From Fibrobacterales bacterium (GTDB taxonomy: Bacteria; Fibrobacterota; Fibrobacteria; Fibrobacterales; JAOPTW01): a DNA stretch of 64,000 nucleotides. Made by a program: the position numbers and the translations under genes. This document shows, in pieces, positions 29,813 through 39,670 of this stretch. The stretch lies in contig JAOPTX010000025.1 of NCBI GenBank assembly GCA_051532055.1, positions 11,449-75,448 on the forward strand, given 5' to 3'. Position 1 is the stretch's first letter; each line of letters opens with the position of its first letter. The notes under the pieces are model-generated. The model saw only the letters and a list, made by a program, of their open reading frames with translations. It was not told the DNA's origin and ran no database searches.

Positions 29813-30886
29813 GTGTCAAAAATAGCCCTAATTACAGGTATTACAGGTCAAGATGGATCATATTTAGCTGAATTATTACTGGAAAAAGGATATGAAGTCC
29901 ATGGAATAATTCGTCGATCATCTTCATTTAATACTGAAAGAATAGAACATCTATACATTGATGATCTTATCAAAGACATCCATAACAAAAAAATAAAACT
30001 CCATTATGGAGACATGACAGATTCATCAAACTTAATCCGTATCATAAAAGATGTAAACCCTGCTGAAATCTATAATCTCGCAGCCCAATCTCATGTAAAA
30101 GTATCGTTTGAAGTACCAGAATTTACCGCGGATACTGATGGTATAGGCACCCTTCGAATACTCGAAGCAGTACGTTTTTTAGGAATGGAAAAAACATGCC
30201 GCATATACCAAGCATCAACGTCAGAACTGTATGGTAAAGTAGCAGAAGTACCACAAACAGAGACAACCCCATTTTACCCACGATCACCTTATGGTGTTGC
30301 TAAATTGTATGGATATTGGATTACAAAAAACTATCGTGAAGCGTATGATATTTTTGCTTGTAATGGTATCCTCTTTAATCATGAGTCACCGCGCCGAGGT
30401 GAAACATTTGTTACTCGAAAAATTACCCTTGCAGCGTCTAGAATTAAAGAAGGTCTTCAAGAGAAGCTGTATCTCGGTAATATGGATGCGCTTCGTGACT
30501 GGGGCTTTGCTAAAGATTATGTTGAGTGTATGTGGCTTATTCTTCAAGCTGACAAACCAGAAGATTGGGTAATTGCAACGGGCGAGATGCACTCTGTTCG
30601 GGAATTTGTTACCCTTTCATTTAAACATGCAGGTATTGACATAGAATGGCAAGGTGTTGGTGTTGATGAAAAAGGTATTGATAAAGCTTCAGGTAAAGTA
30701 TTGGTAGAAGTAGATCCTCAATATTTTAGACCTACAGAGGTTGAGCAGCTTTTAGGAGACCCAACAAAGGCTCGAGAAAAGCTTGGCTGGAATCCTACGG
30801 CAACATCATTTGAAGAACTGGTCCGTTTGATGATGGAATCTGATTTGAAAAAAGTTGCTAAAGAAAAAATTCTTAGAGAACATTAG
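29813..30886 (+). CDS. gmd: GDP-mannose 4,6-dehydratase
   Basis: [60 protein letters not shown] start. Confidence 0.97.
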   Translation: MSKIALITGITGQDGSYLAELLLEKGYEVHGIIRRSSSFNTERIEHLYIDDLIKDIHNKKIKLHYGDMTDSSNLIRIIKDVNPAEIYNLAAQSHVKVSFEVPEFTADTDGIGTLRILEAVRFLGMEKTCRIYQASTSELYGKVAEVPQTETTPFYPRSPYGVAKLYGYWITKNYREAYDIFACNGILFNHESPRRGETFVTRKITLAASRIKEGLQEKLYLGNMDALRDWGFAKDYVECMWLILQADKPEDWVIATGEMHSVREFVTLSFKHAGIDIEWQGVGVDEKGIDKASGKVLVEVDPQYFRPTEVEQLLGDPTKAREKLGWNPTATSFEELVRLMMESDLKKVAKEKILREH

Positions 30887-30908
30887 GTTACAATAATATT
30901 ATATAAGT

Positions 30909-30938
30909 AGGCCTTCCAGGAATGGAAGGCCTTTTTTT
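30909..30938 (+). terminator. Intrinsic terminator between gmd and fcl
   Basis: AGGCCTTCCA-ggaa-TGGAAGGCCT followed by T6. Confidence 0.85.
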
Positions 30939-30955
30939 GAACGTATAGGATAAAA

Positions 30956-32008
30956 ATGGAAAAATCAGCAAAAATTTATGTAGCAGGTCACATGGGCCTT
31001 GTAGGAAGTGCACTCGTTCGAAACCTTAAGTCTAAAGGGTACACAAACATCATAGGAAGGTCTTTTTTAGAGCTTGACCTCAGAGATCAAAAAGTAGTTG
31101 CTGAATTTTTTGAACAAGAAAAACCTGACTATGTGATCCTTGCTGCAGCAAAAGTTGGTGGCATAGTTGCAAACAACACTTATCGTGCAGATTTTATCTA
31201 TGAAAACCTCCAGATTCAAAATAATGTTATTCATCAGTGTTATGTATCTGGAGTAAAAAAGCTTCTTTTCTTAGGCTCTAGCTGTATTTACCCTAAACTG
31301 GCCCCTCAGCCTATGCCTGAACAATGCCTCCTAACTTCTGAGCTTGAGTATACTAATGAACCCTATGCGATAGCAAAGATAGCAGGGCTCAAAATGTGCG
31401 AAGCTTATAATGTTCAGTATGGCACAAATTTTATCGCAGTAATGCCTACAAACCTCTATGGGGAAAATGATAATTTTGACCTAGAAAAGTCTCATGTACT
31501 TCCGGCGCTTATCCGAAAAATGCATTTAGCTAAGCTTCTGGAGGCGGGAGACGAGAAGGGTGTATTGGGTAACCTTGGTGTTTCAACTATGGAAGAGGCT
31601 CAAGAGACTCTATCGAAATATGGAGTGACAGGTGATTCCGTTACAATATGGGGAACGGGAAAGCCAATGAGAGAGTTCTTGTATTCGGATGATATGGCAG
31701 ATGCGTGTGTCCATCTTCTCGAATCTATAGATTTTCAAGATATTGTAAAAAACCTTCCAACAGGCCAAGTAATTAATACACATATCAACATTGGCACCGG
31801 TATAGACTTGACGATAGGTGAATTGGCCCAAAAGGTGAAAGAAATTGTCGGGTTTGGAGGAAAGCTAGTGTTTGATACTGATAAACCAGATGGTACCATG
31901 AAAAAACTCCAAGATGTTACTATGCTCCATAAATTGGGCTGGAAGCATACTATTGAACTTGATGATGGCATTGGACGTCTCTACAAGTGGTACACTGATA
32001 GAATTTAG
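30956..32008 (+). CDS. fcl: GDP-L-fucose synthase
   Basis: [50 protein letters not shown]. Confidence 0.96.
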   Translation: MEKSAKIYVAGHMGLVGSALVRNLKSKGYTNIIGRSFLELDLRDQKVVAEFFEQEKPDYVILAAAKVGGIVANNTYRADFIYENLQIQNNVIHQCYVSGVKKLLFLGSSCIYPKLAPQPMPEQCLLTSELEYTNEPYAIAKIAGLKMCEAYNVQYGTNFIAVMPTNLYGENDNFDLEKSHVLPALIRKMHLAKLLEAGDEKGVLGNLGVSTMEEAQETLSKYGVTGDSVTIWGTGKPMREFLYSDDMADACVHLLESIDFQDIVKNLPTGQVINTHINIGTGIDLTIGELAQKVKEIVGFGGKLVFDTDKPDGTMKKLQDVTMLHKLGWKHTIELDDGIGRLYKWYTDRI

Positions 32009-32095
32009 AATTCTAAACTCTGAGTACCAAAATGATGGCTTTTTGCTCACCTTTTTGGTATTATTTGATACACATTTCCAATAGAAGTAAGCTTA

Positions 32096-32842
32096 ATGGC
32101 CGACACTATCCGCATTGCTCAAATCTCTGATATACATATCGGTCCTACCGATGCGGTATCAAATGGTGTGGATACCCGAGAGCATTTCCATAGAGTCATG
32201 GAAGATGTTGTTGCTATTGGGGTTGACTTGGTTGTTCTCAGTGGCGATATTGCTCTTGAAAATGGAGAGCCTGAGGCTTATGAATGGGTTATTGAGGAGA
32301 TGTCTCGCTATCCTGTGCTCTATGAGGTGATGTCAGGGAATCATGATAAAGTAGATATATTATGCAACGCTTTTGAACTTAAAGAGCATATTCATGATGG
32401 TGAGCTCTATTTTAAGGTTGACTTTAACAAGAAGCGGATGTTGTTTCTCGATAGTACTCCTGGAACGATGAGTAGTCAACAGCTCCATTGGGTAAAAAAT
32501 CATTCTGACAACTATACCGGTGATATTTTAGTATTTGTACATCATCCAATTCAGTTGGCAGATTGTCAATTTATGGATAGTCACTATGCTCTTAAAAATA
32601 GAGATGAGGTCAAGAAGGCTTTTACACCCCTGAAGAACATTCATCATATTTTCACCGGTCATTATCATACCGAAAAAACAATACAATTTAATGATCACCA
32701 AACAATGTATATTACGCCCTCTACTCAAATTCAAATAAAAGAAAATAACGCTGAGTTTGAAATCGCAAGTACAACCCCCGGGTGGCGCCTCATAGAGTGG
32801 GATGGAAAGCAGTTGAGTACAAGTGTTCGCTACGTGAAATAA
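32096..32842 (+). CDS. Metallophosphoesterase (CpdA/Icc-like)
   Basis: SDIH, SGD, GNHD, HHP, GHYH motifs. Confidence 0.88.
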   Translation: MADTIRIAQISDIHIGPTDAVSNGVDTREHFHRVMEDVVAIGVDLVVLSGDIALENGEPEAYEWVIEEMSRYPVLYEVMSGNHDKVDILCNAFELKEHIHDGELYFKVDFNKKRMLFLDSTPGTMSSQQLHWVKNHSDNYTGDILVFVHHPIQLADCQFMDSHYALKNRDEVKKAFTPLKNIHHIFTGHYHTEKTIQFNDHQTMYITPSTQIQIKENNAEFEIASTTPGWRLIEWDGKQLSTSVRYVK

Positions 32843-32944
32843 CAATTCTGAATTCTGAATTCTATACATAGCCTACCCACAGGAGCTCCTTTTTTTCTAT
32901 AATTCCTAACTAATTGTTATCACCCATTTTATAAAGAAATTCCT

Positions 32945-35638
32945 ATGAAAAAATCAGTATTGGTACTCCTTATACTTTCAGTTTATGGCCTTTTTGCCTA
33001 TGGTGAAAATTTAACACCAGAGCAAATGCAGCAGTTGAGTCAAATGGTGAATAATCAAAATGGAAACCCTGCGAATAATCAAGGTAATACGGGTGGAGCT
33101 CAGCAAGAGTTTATGCAGCGTGATGAAAATGGTAATCCTAAACAAGGGTCACTGAAGGTGCTTGGCTTGAGCAAAAGAGATTCTACTGATATGATTCTTC
33201 AGTATGAGGAGCAAATTAAACTAGATAGTCTTCGGTCTATTCTCGACAGTGCAGAGATTGACACGATCTTAGTATCTGATGAAGCATTGGTCGGTGATAG
33301 TATCAATTTAAGCCCCTACACATTAGATAGTTTAGTTTTTCTTGATAGTCTTTTCCATGATAGTCTTTTTAATGATAGTCTTTCACAGGATAGTATTGAT
33401 CGCAAATTTCGTATTTATGGTCTTGAAGTATTTGAACAAGAAGTAACTATTGAATCAAATGTAAGTGACGTTCCAGAGGATTATAAGGTTGTGGAGGGTG
33501 ATAAAATTCATCTGCAACTTTGGGGAAGTCAAAACATAGAGAAGACCTACACGGTCGGTAAGGGAGGAGATGTTTTCTTTGATTTGATCAATAAAAAAAT
33601 ACAAGCAATTGGTCTCACCTATAGAAAGTTGAAAACAATTGTACAGCGGGCCATGAAAAAAGTGGGATCACAGGGTGATGTGAGTCTACTTGCTGTACAT
33701 GCCTATAGAATTCATTTTAGCGGAAATGTTAAAAATCATGGATCAGAAGTTGTTCCGCCCTACTACCCTTTTTGGAAGGTGTTACTTCTAACTAAAGGGC
33801 CAAATAATTATGGTTCCTTACGTAATATTCAAGTAATCCGAAATAATAAGAAAATGGCCACCTTTGACCTCTATGCTTTTTTAGAGACCGGGAAAATGCC
33901 AAAGATAACTTTGCAAAATGATGATGTTATATATTTTGGGCAACGAGAAAATGTGGTAGATGTGAAGGGTTTCGTTCGCAGAGAAGGGGTCTATGAACTT
34001 AAAATAGGTGAGACCTTTGATAAATTAGTCACTTGGGCGGCAGGCCTTAAGAATGATGCCCCAGTGTCATCAGTGATTGAAATTAGGCGTCCGGTTCCAC
34101 TCAATAAACGTACAGATCCCCGTAAGGCATTTGAGTATTTAGCGGTTGATCTCACGAAAGATTACTCCAAAATTGAGATGGCTGATGGTGATGAGGCTTA
34201 TGCAAATGTAATTGAAGCACTTTCTGGAAACTTTGTCTATCTCAAGGGAGATGGTTTTAAAAACCCGGGCAAATATACCCTTCCAAAAGAGGGAACTACA
34301 GCTTTTACCTTTATAAATTTACATGGTGGTCTGCGTCCTGGCTTTAAACCAAAGGGTGAAGTCGTGAGCGACCTAGACACTAACAAAATTGCTGTTTCCA
34401 TTGATCTCACCGATAGTGATTTTTTGAAATCAATTATTTTACAGGATAAGGATACTATTAGTGCGTATCATAAGATGCAGGACTTAGATACTGCGTTTAG
34501 GAAAATAAGTATCAGAGGGTATGTACGTGAGCCGATTGAAGTACCTTATGCAGAGGGGATGACTCTTGCTGCGGCACTGAGGCAGGGGCTAGGTATTAAA
34601 GCAGGAGGATTGAGTGAAGTCTATGTGAAGTTTAAAGATGAATTGGGGAAAGTGAGTTATTTAAAAGTAGACCTTGTCAAGGATGACCCTGAGAGCGTCA
34701 TTCTTCAACAAAATACTGAAGTCTTTACTTTTGACACCGATAAAATGGATCCTAAACTTCCTATTGTCGTTCTTGCGCCAGATAAAGAACCTCTGACTCT
34801 TGACTATTCAGAAGACCTCAATTTAGATGTTATTGTGAAAAGGCTTGAAGGACTCCCTTTTGATATAGATTCAAATAATGTTGAGATCAACAAGCCGTTA
34901 TTTGACTCAGAGAATGCATTTGAGACTCGTACTTATAAATTGGCAAAAGGTCCTCTCTTTAATAGTACTCTGATATCGGCAGGTGATGTGATTATTTTTA
35001 GACGAGATATTAAGAAAGAAGATGCTGGTTATGTTATTATGAGAGGTGAGTTTAGAACACCTGGTAAATATGTATTAACCTCGGCTCAGGAATCTATGGA
35101 GTCAGTAATATTTAAAGCAGGTGGAGTGCGCCCTCGTGCTAATATTTTCTCTTTGCGTTTACAAAGAAGAGATGGCATTGAGCCAATTCCAGTTGATGCA
35201 GAATTTGATGGCGAAGATGTTGAGTTTGAGCAAACCTGGTATTTGAATAGTGGTGATACAGTTACTATTGATAAAAATAATAACACTGTTGAGATTTCAG
35301 GGTCTGTCTTGAACCCGACAAAGGTTTCTTATCGAGAGAGCTATGACTGGGAAGATTATATTGATTATGGTGCGGGTGGTGCACTTGATACGGCGGATGT
35401 AAGAAAAGCCTACGTTAGATATCCTAATGGTAAAAGCTTAAAGTTATCTCAGGGGTTTTTCTCTTCACCTGAAATCGTTCCTGGCGCAAAAATTGTAGTT
35501 CCAGAAAAGCCCTTTATTCCACCTGATGCTCCAGAACCTCAAACTCAGTGGGGAATTATTCTCCCAGGTATCGCGGCAATTATTACAGCTCTGGGTGCCA
35601 TTGTTACCACAGCAATTGCAGTATCAAACAGTAATTAA
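32945..35638 (+). CDS. Polysaccharide export protein with multiple SLBB domains (Wza/KpsD-like)
   Basis: Signal peptide; PEDYKVVEGDKI export domain; repeated GxVxxPGxY SLBB units; C-terminal hydrophobic helix. Confidence 0.85.
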   Translation: MKKSVLVLLILSVYGLFAYGENLTPEQMQQLSQMVNNQNGNPANNQGNTGGAQQEFMQRDENGNPKQGSLKVLGLSKRDSTDMILQYEEQIKLDSLRSILDSAEIDTILVSDEALVGDSINLSPYTLDSLVFLDSLFHDSLFNDSLSQDSIDRKFRIYGLEVFEQEVTIESNVSDVPEDYKVVEGDKIHLQLWGSQNIEKTYTVGKGGDVFFDLINKKIQAIGLTYRKLKTIVQRAMKKVGSQGDVSLLAVHAYRIHFSGNVKNHGSEVVPPYYPFWKVLLLTKGPNNYGSLRNIQVIRNNKKMATFDLYAFLETGKMPKITLQNDDVIYFGQRENVVDVKGFVRREGVYELKIGETFDKLVTWAAGLKNDAPVSSVIEIRRPVPLNKRTDPRKAFEYLAVDLTKDYSKIEMADGDEAYANVIEALSGNFVYLKGDGFKNPGKYTLPKEGTTAFTFINLHGGLRPGFKPKGEVVSDLDTNKIAVSIDLTDSDFLKSIILQDKDTISAYHKMQDLDTAFRKISIRGYVREPIEVPYAEGMTLAAALRQGLGIKAGGLSEVYVKFKDELGKVSYLKVDLVKDDPESVILQQNTEVFTFDTDKMDPKLPIVVLAPDKEPLTLDYSEDLNLDVIVKRLEGLPFDIDSNNVEINKPLFDSENAFETRTYKLAKGPLFNSTLISAGDVIIFRRDIKKEDAGYVIMRGEFRTPGKYVLTSAQESMESVIFKAGGVRPRANIFSLRLQRRDGIEPIPVDAEFDGEDVEFEQTWYLNSGDTVTIDKNNNTVEISGSVLNPTKVSYRESYDWEDYIDYGAGGALDTADVRKAYVRYPNGKSLKLSQGFFSSPEIVPGAKIVVPEKPFIPPDAPEPQTQWGIILPGIAAIITALGAIVTTAIAVSNSN
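33325..33397 (+). repeat. 15-18-bp coding repeats encoding DSLxx
   Basis: GATAGTTTAGTTTTTCTT GATAGTCTTTTCCAT GATAGTCTTTTTAAT GATAGTCTTTCACAG GATAGTATT. Confidence 0.8.
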
Positions 35639-35684
35639 CGGAGCAATTACTAGATAGTAGTTTCAGAAAATAGACCTAAGAAAT

Positions 35685-35714
35685 AAAAAAGGCCTCCGAA
35701 AATCTGGAGGCCTT
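35685..35714 (-). terminator. Intrinsic terminator between convergent genes
   Basis: A6-GGCCTCC-gaaaatct-GGAGGCC-TT. Confidence 0.75.
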
Positions 35715-35728
35715 AACTTTATCAAAAT

Positions 35729-35762
35729 AGAAGAGCATTACCCAATCGGATAATGCTCTTCT
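35729..35762. terminator. Second hairpin downstream of the phosphorylase gene
   Basis: AGAAGAGCATTA-N10-TAATGCTCTTCT, 12-bp perfect stem. Confidence 0.6.
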
Positions 35763-35779
35763 GATATATCATATAGTAA

Positions 35780-38700
35780 TTATGCAAGGCGAGGCTTAAG
35801 AGCCACTTCTACTTTAACAATAGCACCTTTCTTATCAAAGATTGCCATAGAGGTCTCAGCATCAATAATTTCACCTTTAATAGCAGTTGTAGAGCCATCT
35901 TTTTTGGTAACAATAATAGAGGTCTCTTCTGCAAGAGAGTAGACTACAGGAACCTGACAGTAGGTAAAGCCAAGTTGTGCAGTTTCAAGTGTTACAGACT
36001 GCTTGTCACCCGCTACATCAAAATACTTGAGTGCTGATGGGGCAGAGAGGAACTCTGATTTTCTGAGGATTACTGGGTTAAAGGTGATTTGACCTTCTTT
36101 AACAACTACACCAAGTTCGATTTGGCGAGTAATCACCTCTTCTTTCACTTGACCAGTCATACCTGGCTGTTTTGCGCCGGCGAATCCTGGAGTGTGTGAG
36201 TATGGGTCTGTTGGGAATGCACCATATACTTTAGGATCTTTGTTGAAGCCAATGCCTGCACGGATGTCATAGTAGAGGTCAACGAGTTTTCCAACAGTCT
36301 CAGCATCTTCACCTTGCTCAACTGCTGCTTGATAGTTTTCAAGAGCGGCAAGGAGGAGTTTTGATACCATGTGCCAGTAGATTGACCCGAGGCCTTCATA
36401 GGCATACATGCCGCCTGAACGGCCCGTAAATGCTATGTGGTTAAAGATGCCTTCAAAGATCTCTTCTATAAGGCTCTCGTCTTTGGCAACGAGATCTGCA
36501 TAGCCATTAGATTTAAGAGTAGTTAATACTGCCTTAGCGCTGTCAACGTTGTTGAATGAACCGTTGAAGTGGTATTCACCCTGAGAGTCAAGCTCTACGA
36601 GAGAAGTGTCGCCATTGGCAATGAGCGTTTTAAGGAGTTCAGATTTATCAAACTCAGCTTTTGGGATAATGTTTTTATCGACAAAGCGGGTAAGTTCACG
36701 ATTCGGATACAGAAGGTATGAGTGTTGACGCTCTGTGTAGATCGCTGATTTTCTGAGTGACGTGAGTACATCAATCGCTTCTTTAGGGCTCAGGTAGCCA
36801 GAAGAGAGTACTGATACCTGGCCTTCGAGCATTTCGTAGAGGTATTTCACTTCAACACCAGACTCAGTTGCTGTCATAAGGTTGTATGCATGATAAAGGC
36901 CATCTTCACGTCTGTTTGCACGGATTGTGTGATCAATATACTCAAGTGAGATCTCGAAGAATTTGATAAGGTCAGCTGTTTTAGCTACAACACGGTCACC
37001 AGAGAATGCGTTTTTATACACGTCAGTTCTGAAGTCACATCCTGCTTTACCAAGGCGATCAAGTACTGCTTTACGGTCAGCATCGTTGATTTTACCTGCG
37101 AGAAGGTCTTTGTGATCTTCAAAAGTTGCATTGATCGAAACGAGAAGGTTGTGGATCTCTTTAGAGAGCTCTACTTCTTGGAGGTCTATTGATTTGAAGA
37201 GGTCGAGCATGTACTGCTGGTAACGACGAGTGTAGTAAAGTGTTACCATTGAAACACCAAAACCTACAAGAGCATTGTTTGCATCATTCCATTCTGGACG
37301 TTGGGTGTTCATCCAAATTCCACCTTCAGGTATGAAGTTAGAAAGCTTTGAAAGAACAGCAGCAAGAAGTTTTTCTGTAAGATTGACATGCATTACCGAA
37401 CCTTCATGGTTCCAGATAAGTTTTCCGTCAGAACCAACTTCTTCAGTACGGCTATTTATAAGAGCATCACGTGAATCATCATAGTCGATGGTGTTACGTG
37501 GGTCTTTGAGAAGATCGTCGTATGATTTAAGGCTATAAGGGACGTTTGCATAGGCAAAAATCTCTTTGGTTAAGAACTCTTTAAGAGTACCTGGGTGGTG
37601 GTCTTTAGAGAACTCAAGGAATTTTAGGAGATAGATGATCTGATGATCACCCCAGTAACCGATGTTTGACCAAGGGTCGTGTGCATCGAGCTTTTCCCAG
37701 TCGATACCTTTTTTGGTGATACGGTATGGGTTGTATCCGTCAGCAGTTGTTGCATTCACGAATTTACAGATCATTGACTCAATAAAGTTAGGAATTGAGA
37801 ACGATAGCGCTTCCCAGTTTTGGAAAATATCTCTCCAGTTACCTTGGAAGTTAAGAAGCTTTGAACCATCTTCATTTTTAAGTTCAATAGCAAATTTATT
37901 CCATGGACGAGATGGATCACCGTGACGGCGACTAAAGGTGAGTGGAAGATACTCATAACAAAGACGTTCGAGGTTTGCATCACGTTTTGCTGTTGCCGCT
38001 TTGATAAGGTCAGAGTAGTGCATTGTGTCAGCAAGACCTGCAAAGAAACCTTCAAATTGAGCGTATACTTTAGAGTTAAAGTTTTTTACGAAGTTGATGA
38101 GATCGCTTTTGCCGACAGTGTAGTTGTCATCAAAAAGTCCACCACGCATTACGTTAAAAAGAACGTTCGAGAAGTGGTGATTTGAGCTGAGTACATCTTC
38201 AGTAACTTGAAGACCATCAGCGTTACCAACGATGCGTGAAAGATTATCTGAACCTTCTGTAACATCAGCGTATACTTCTGCGCGAATGTTTTTGTCTGCT
38301 TTAATATAAGCGATAAGGTCTTTTACTTCTGAAGGACCTTGATTGATCTCTGCAATAATGTTCCACTCTTCCGAAGCATTAGCGGCAAGTGAGATCTCTG
38401 CATTAACAAAGTAGGCGCCACAGCGTCCACGAACATCAGTTTCTTCAATAACAGGGAAACCATTACGGAACTCATCGAGTTGAATAGATGATACAAGCTT
38501 TTTAGAACCTTTAAGGCCTTCTGACCAAACAGTAGTAGTTGAAAGTGCTTCAGATGGCTCAGCACGGTCTACCAAGATAGAACTCATAGAGTACATACCA
38601 AGACCAGATGCTGGGTCAAGTTCATTCTTTTTGTACGCATCAACAAGGCAACTTACAGCCATTTGTGCATCTTGCTCAACACCATACGGGAGGAGGTTTT

Positions 38701-39244
38701 CGATACCATCAAGGATCTCAACAGTGATATTTCCTGCGCCAGTATTCGTGAGTTTTGAGGTTTTAACAAAACCAAATTTATCCGATGTGCTCCAACCATA
38801 TTGAAAAGCAACACCGAGGTCGTTATTAATCTCTTCGAAAATAAGTTTATCACCAACAACGTTTTTATAGATGTTGCGGGAAATGTTATAGACCCCATCA
38901 AAGTTCTCAGAGAATGGTTCCCAAAGTGACGTTTTACCTTCTTTGGTAACAAGTGCTACAGTGCGTGAACCGGTATAGCTTGAGTTGTTCGTAATTTTGT
39001 CGTCGGTATAGTAAGGGAAAAGTGCGTTTTCAGAATTAATTCTACCGGCAGAAAGTCCACCTTTTGTAGAAATATAGATCCAGTGATCAGAGTCACTCAC
39101 AACACTGATGAAAAAAGGATCCATCTGGTTGAAGTTTGAAATTTTATAGAATGTTTCTTCGTTGATAGAAACATATTGACCGGTAACTTCAGTCTTTTCG
39201 TTATGCTTTACTGCGTTGCCAAGATAAACAGTTTTTTGTGCCAT
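35780..39244 (-). CDS. Beta-1,3-glucan phosphorylase, GH149-like
   Basis: 1154 aa, no signal peptide; blocks I recognise from GH149/GH161 phosphorylases: FSRRHGDPSRPWN, GNWRDIFQNWE, ADGYNPYRI, GYWGDHQ, RPEWNDANNA, YEGLGSIYWHM, GAFPTDPYSHTP, QPGMTGQVKE; size and N-terminus fit GH149. Confidence 0.8.
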   Translation of the reverse strand: MAQKTVYLGNAVKHNEKTEVTGQYVSINEETFYKISNFNQMDPFFISVVSDSDHWIYISTKGGLSAGRINSENALFPYYTDDKITNNSSYTGSRTVALVTKEGKTSLWEPFSENFDGVYNISRNIYKNVVGDKLIFEEINNDLGVAFQYGWSTSDKFGFVKTSKLTNTGAGNITVEILDGIENLLPYGVEQDAQMAVSCLVDAYKKNELDPASGLGMYSMSSILVDRAEPSEALSTTTVWSEGLKGSKKLVSSIQLDEFRNGFPVIEETDVRGRCGAYFVNAEISLAANASEEWNIIAEINQGPSEVKDLIAYIKADKNIRAEVYADVTEGSDNLSRIVGNADGLQVTEDVLSSNHHFSNVLFNVMRGGLFDDNYTVGKSDLINFVKNFNSKVYAQFEGFFAGLADTMHYSDLIKAATAKRDANLERLCYEYLPLTFSRRHGDPSRPWNKFAIELKNEDGSKLLNFQGNWRDIFQNWEALSFSIPNFIESMICKFVNATTADGYNPYRITKKGIDWEKLDAHDPWSNIGYWGDHQIIYLLKFLEFSKDHHPGTLKEFLTKEIFAYANVPYSLKSYDDLLKDPRNTIDYDDSRDALINSRTEEVGSDGKLIWNHEGSVMHVNLTEKLLAAVLSKLSNFIPEGGIWMNTQRPEWNDANNALVGFGVSMVTLYYTRRYQQYMLDLFKSIDLQEVELSKEIHNLLVSINATFEDHKDLLAGKINDADRKAVLDRLGKAGCDFRTDVYKNAFSGDRVVAKTADLIKFFEISLEYIDHTIRANRREDGLYHAYNLMTATESGVEVKYLYEMLEGQVSVLSSGYLSPKEAIDVLTSLRKSAIYTERQHSYLLYPNRELTRFVDKNIIPKAEFDKSELLKTLIANGDTSLVELDSQGEYHFNGSFNNVDSAKAVLTTLKSNGYADLVAKDESLIEEIFEGIFNHIAFTGRSGGMYAYEGLGSIYWHMVSKLLLAALENYQAAVEQGEDAETVGKLVDLYYDIRAGIGFNKDPKVYGAFPTDPYSHTPGFAGAKQPGMTGQVKEEVITRQIELGVVVKEGQITFNPVILRKSEFLSAPSALKYFDVAGDKQSVTLETAQLGFTYCQVPVVYSLAEETSIIVTKKDGSTTAIKGEIIDAETSMAIFDKKGAIVKVEVALKPRLA

Positions 39245-39670
39245 CGTTTTCCCTATCTTTTGTGTAATGTCTTGTGTAAATCAGCATGGATTTGAGAGCA
39301 AATCGAACAAATTGACCCACGAGTCATCATTAATATTTCACGGATGAATTTATATTAATAGTGTAAGAGAACAAAACAAAAATTGAAAAATATTGCCAAA
39401 AGTTGTGTTATTATATGGAGTTATCGCTTGTTGTCAATTGTACAATATAATGATGTTGCTATTAGCTTTTTTGCTTTTGTATATATTTGCGCAATTAAAA
39501 GATGTGCATTCACGAGGAATGACCGGTTCAAAAATAAAATAGTAGGTTGAAAATATAGAATGCTAAACAGTGCACTAAATATTGAGGCATTTATTTTAAA
39601 AAGGGTAATCCATATAAATTCCAAATGCATTTTATTACATTGGTCCGATCAATACGCTCTAGGAATATTT

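Noticed and set aside
32845..32864. AATTCTG heptamer repeated about 3 times after the phosphoesterase
   Set aside because: Too short to support a function
39245..39670. Riboswitch or operator in the phosphorylase/ABC divergent region
   Set aside because: Only short AT-rich palindromes (e.g. ATTGTACAAT); no recognisable aptamer or repeated operator
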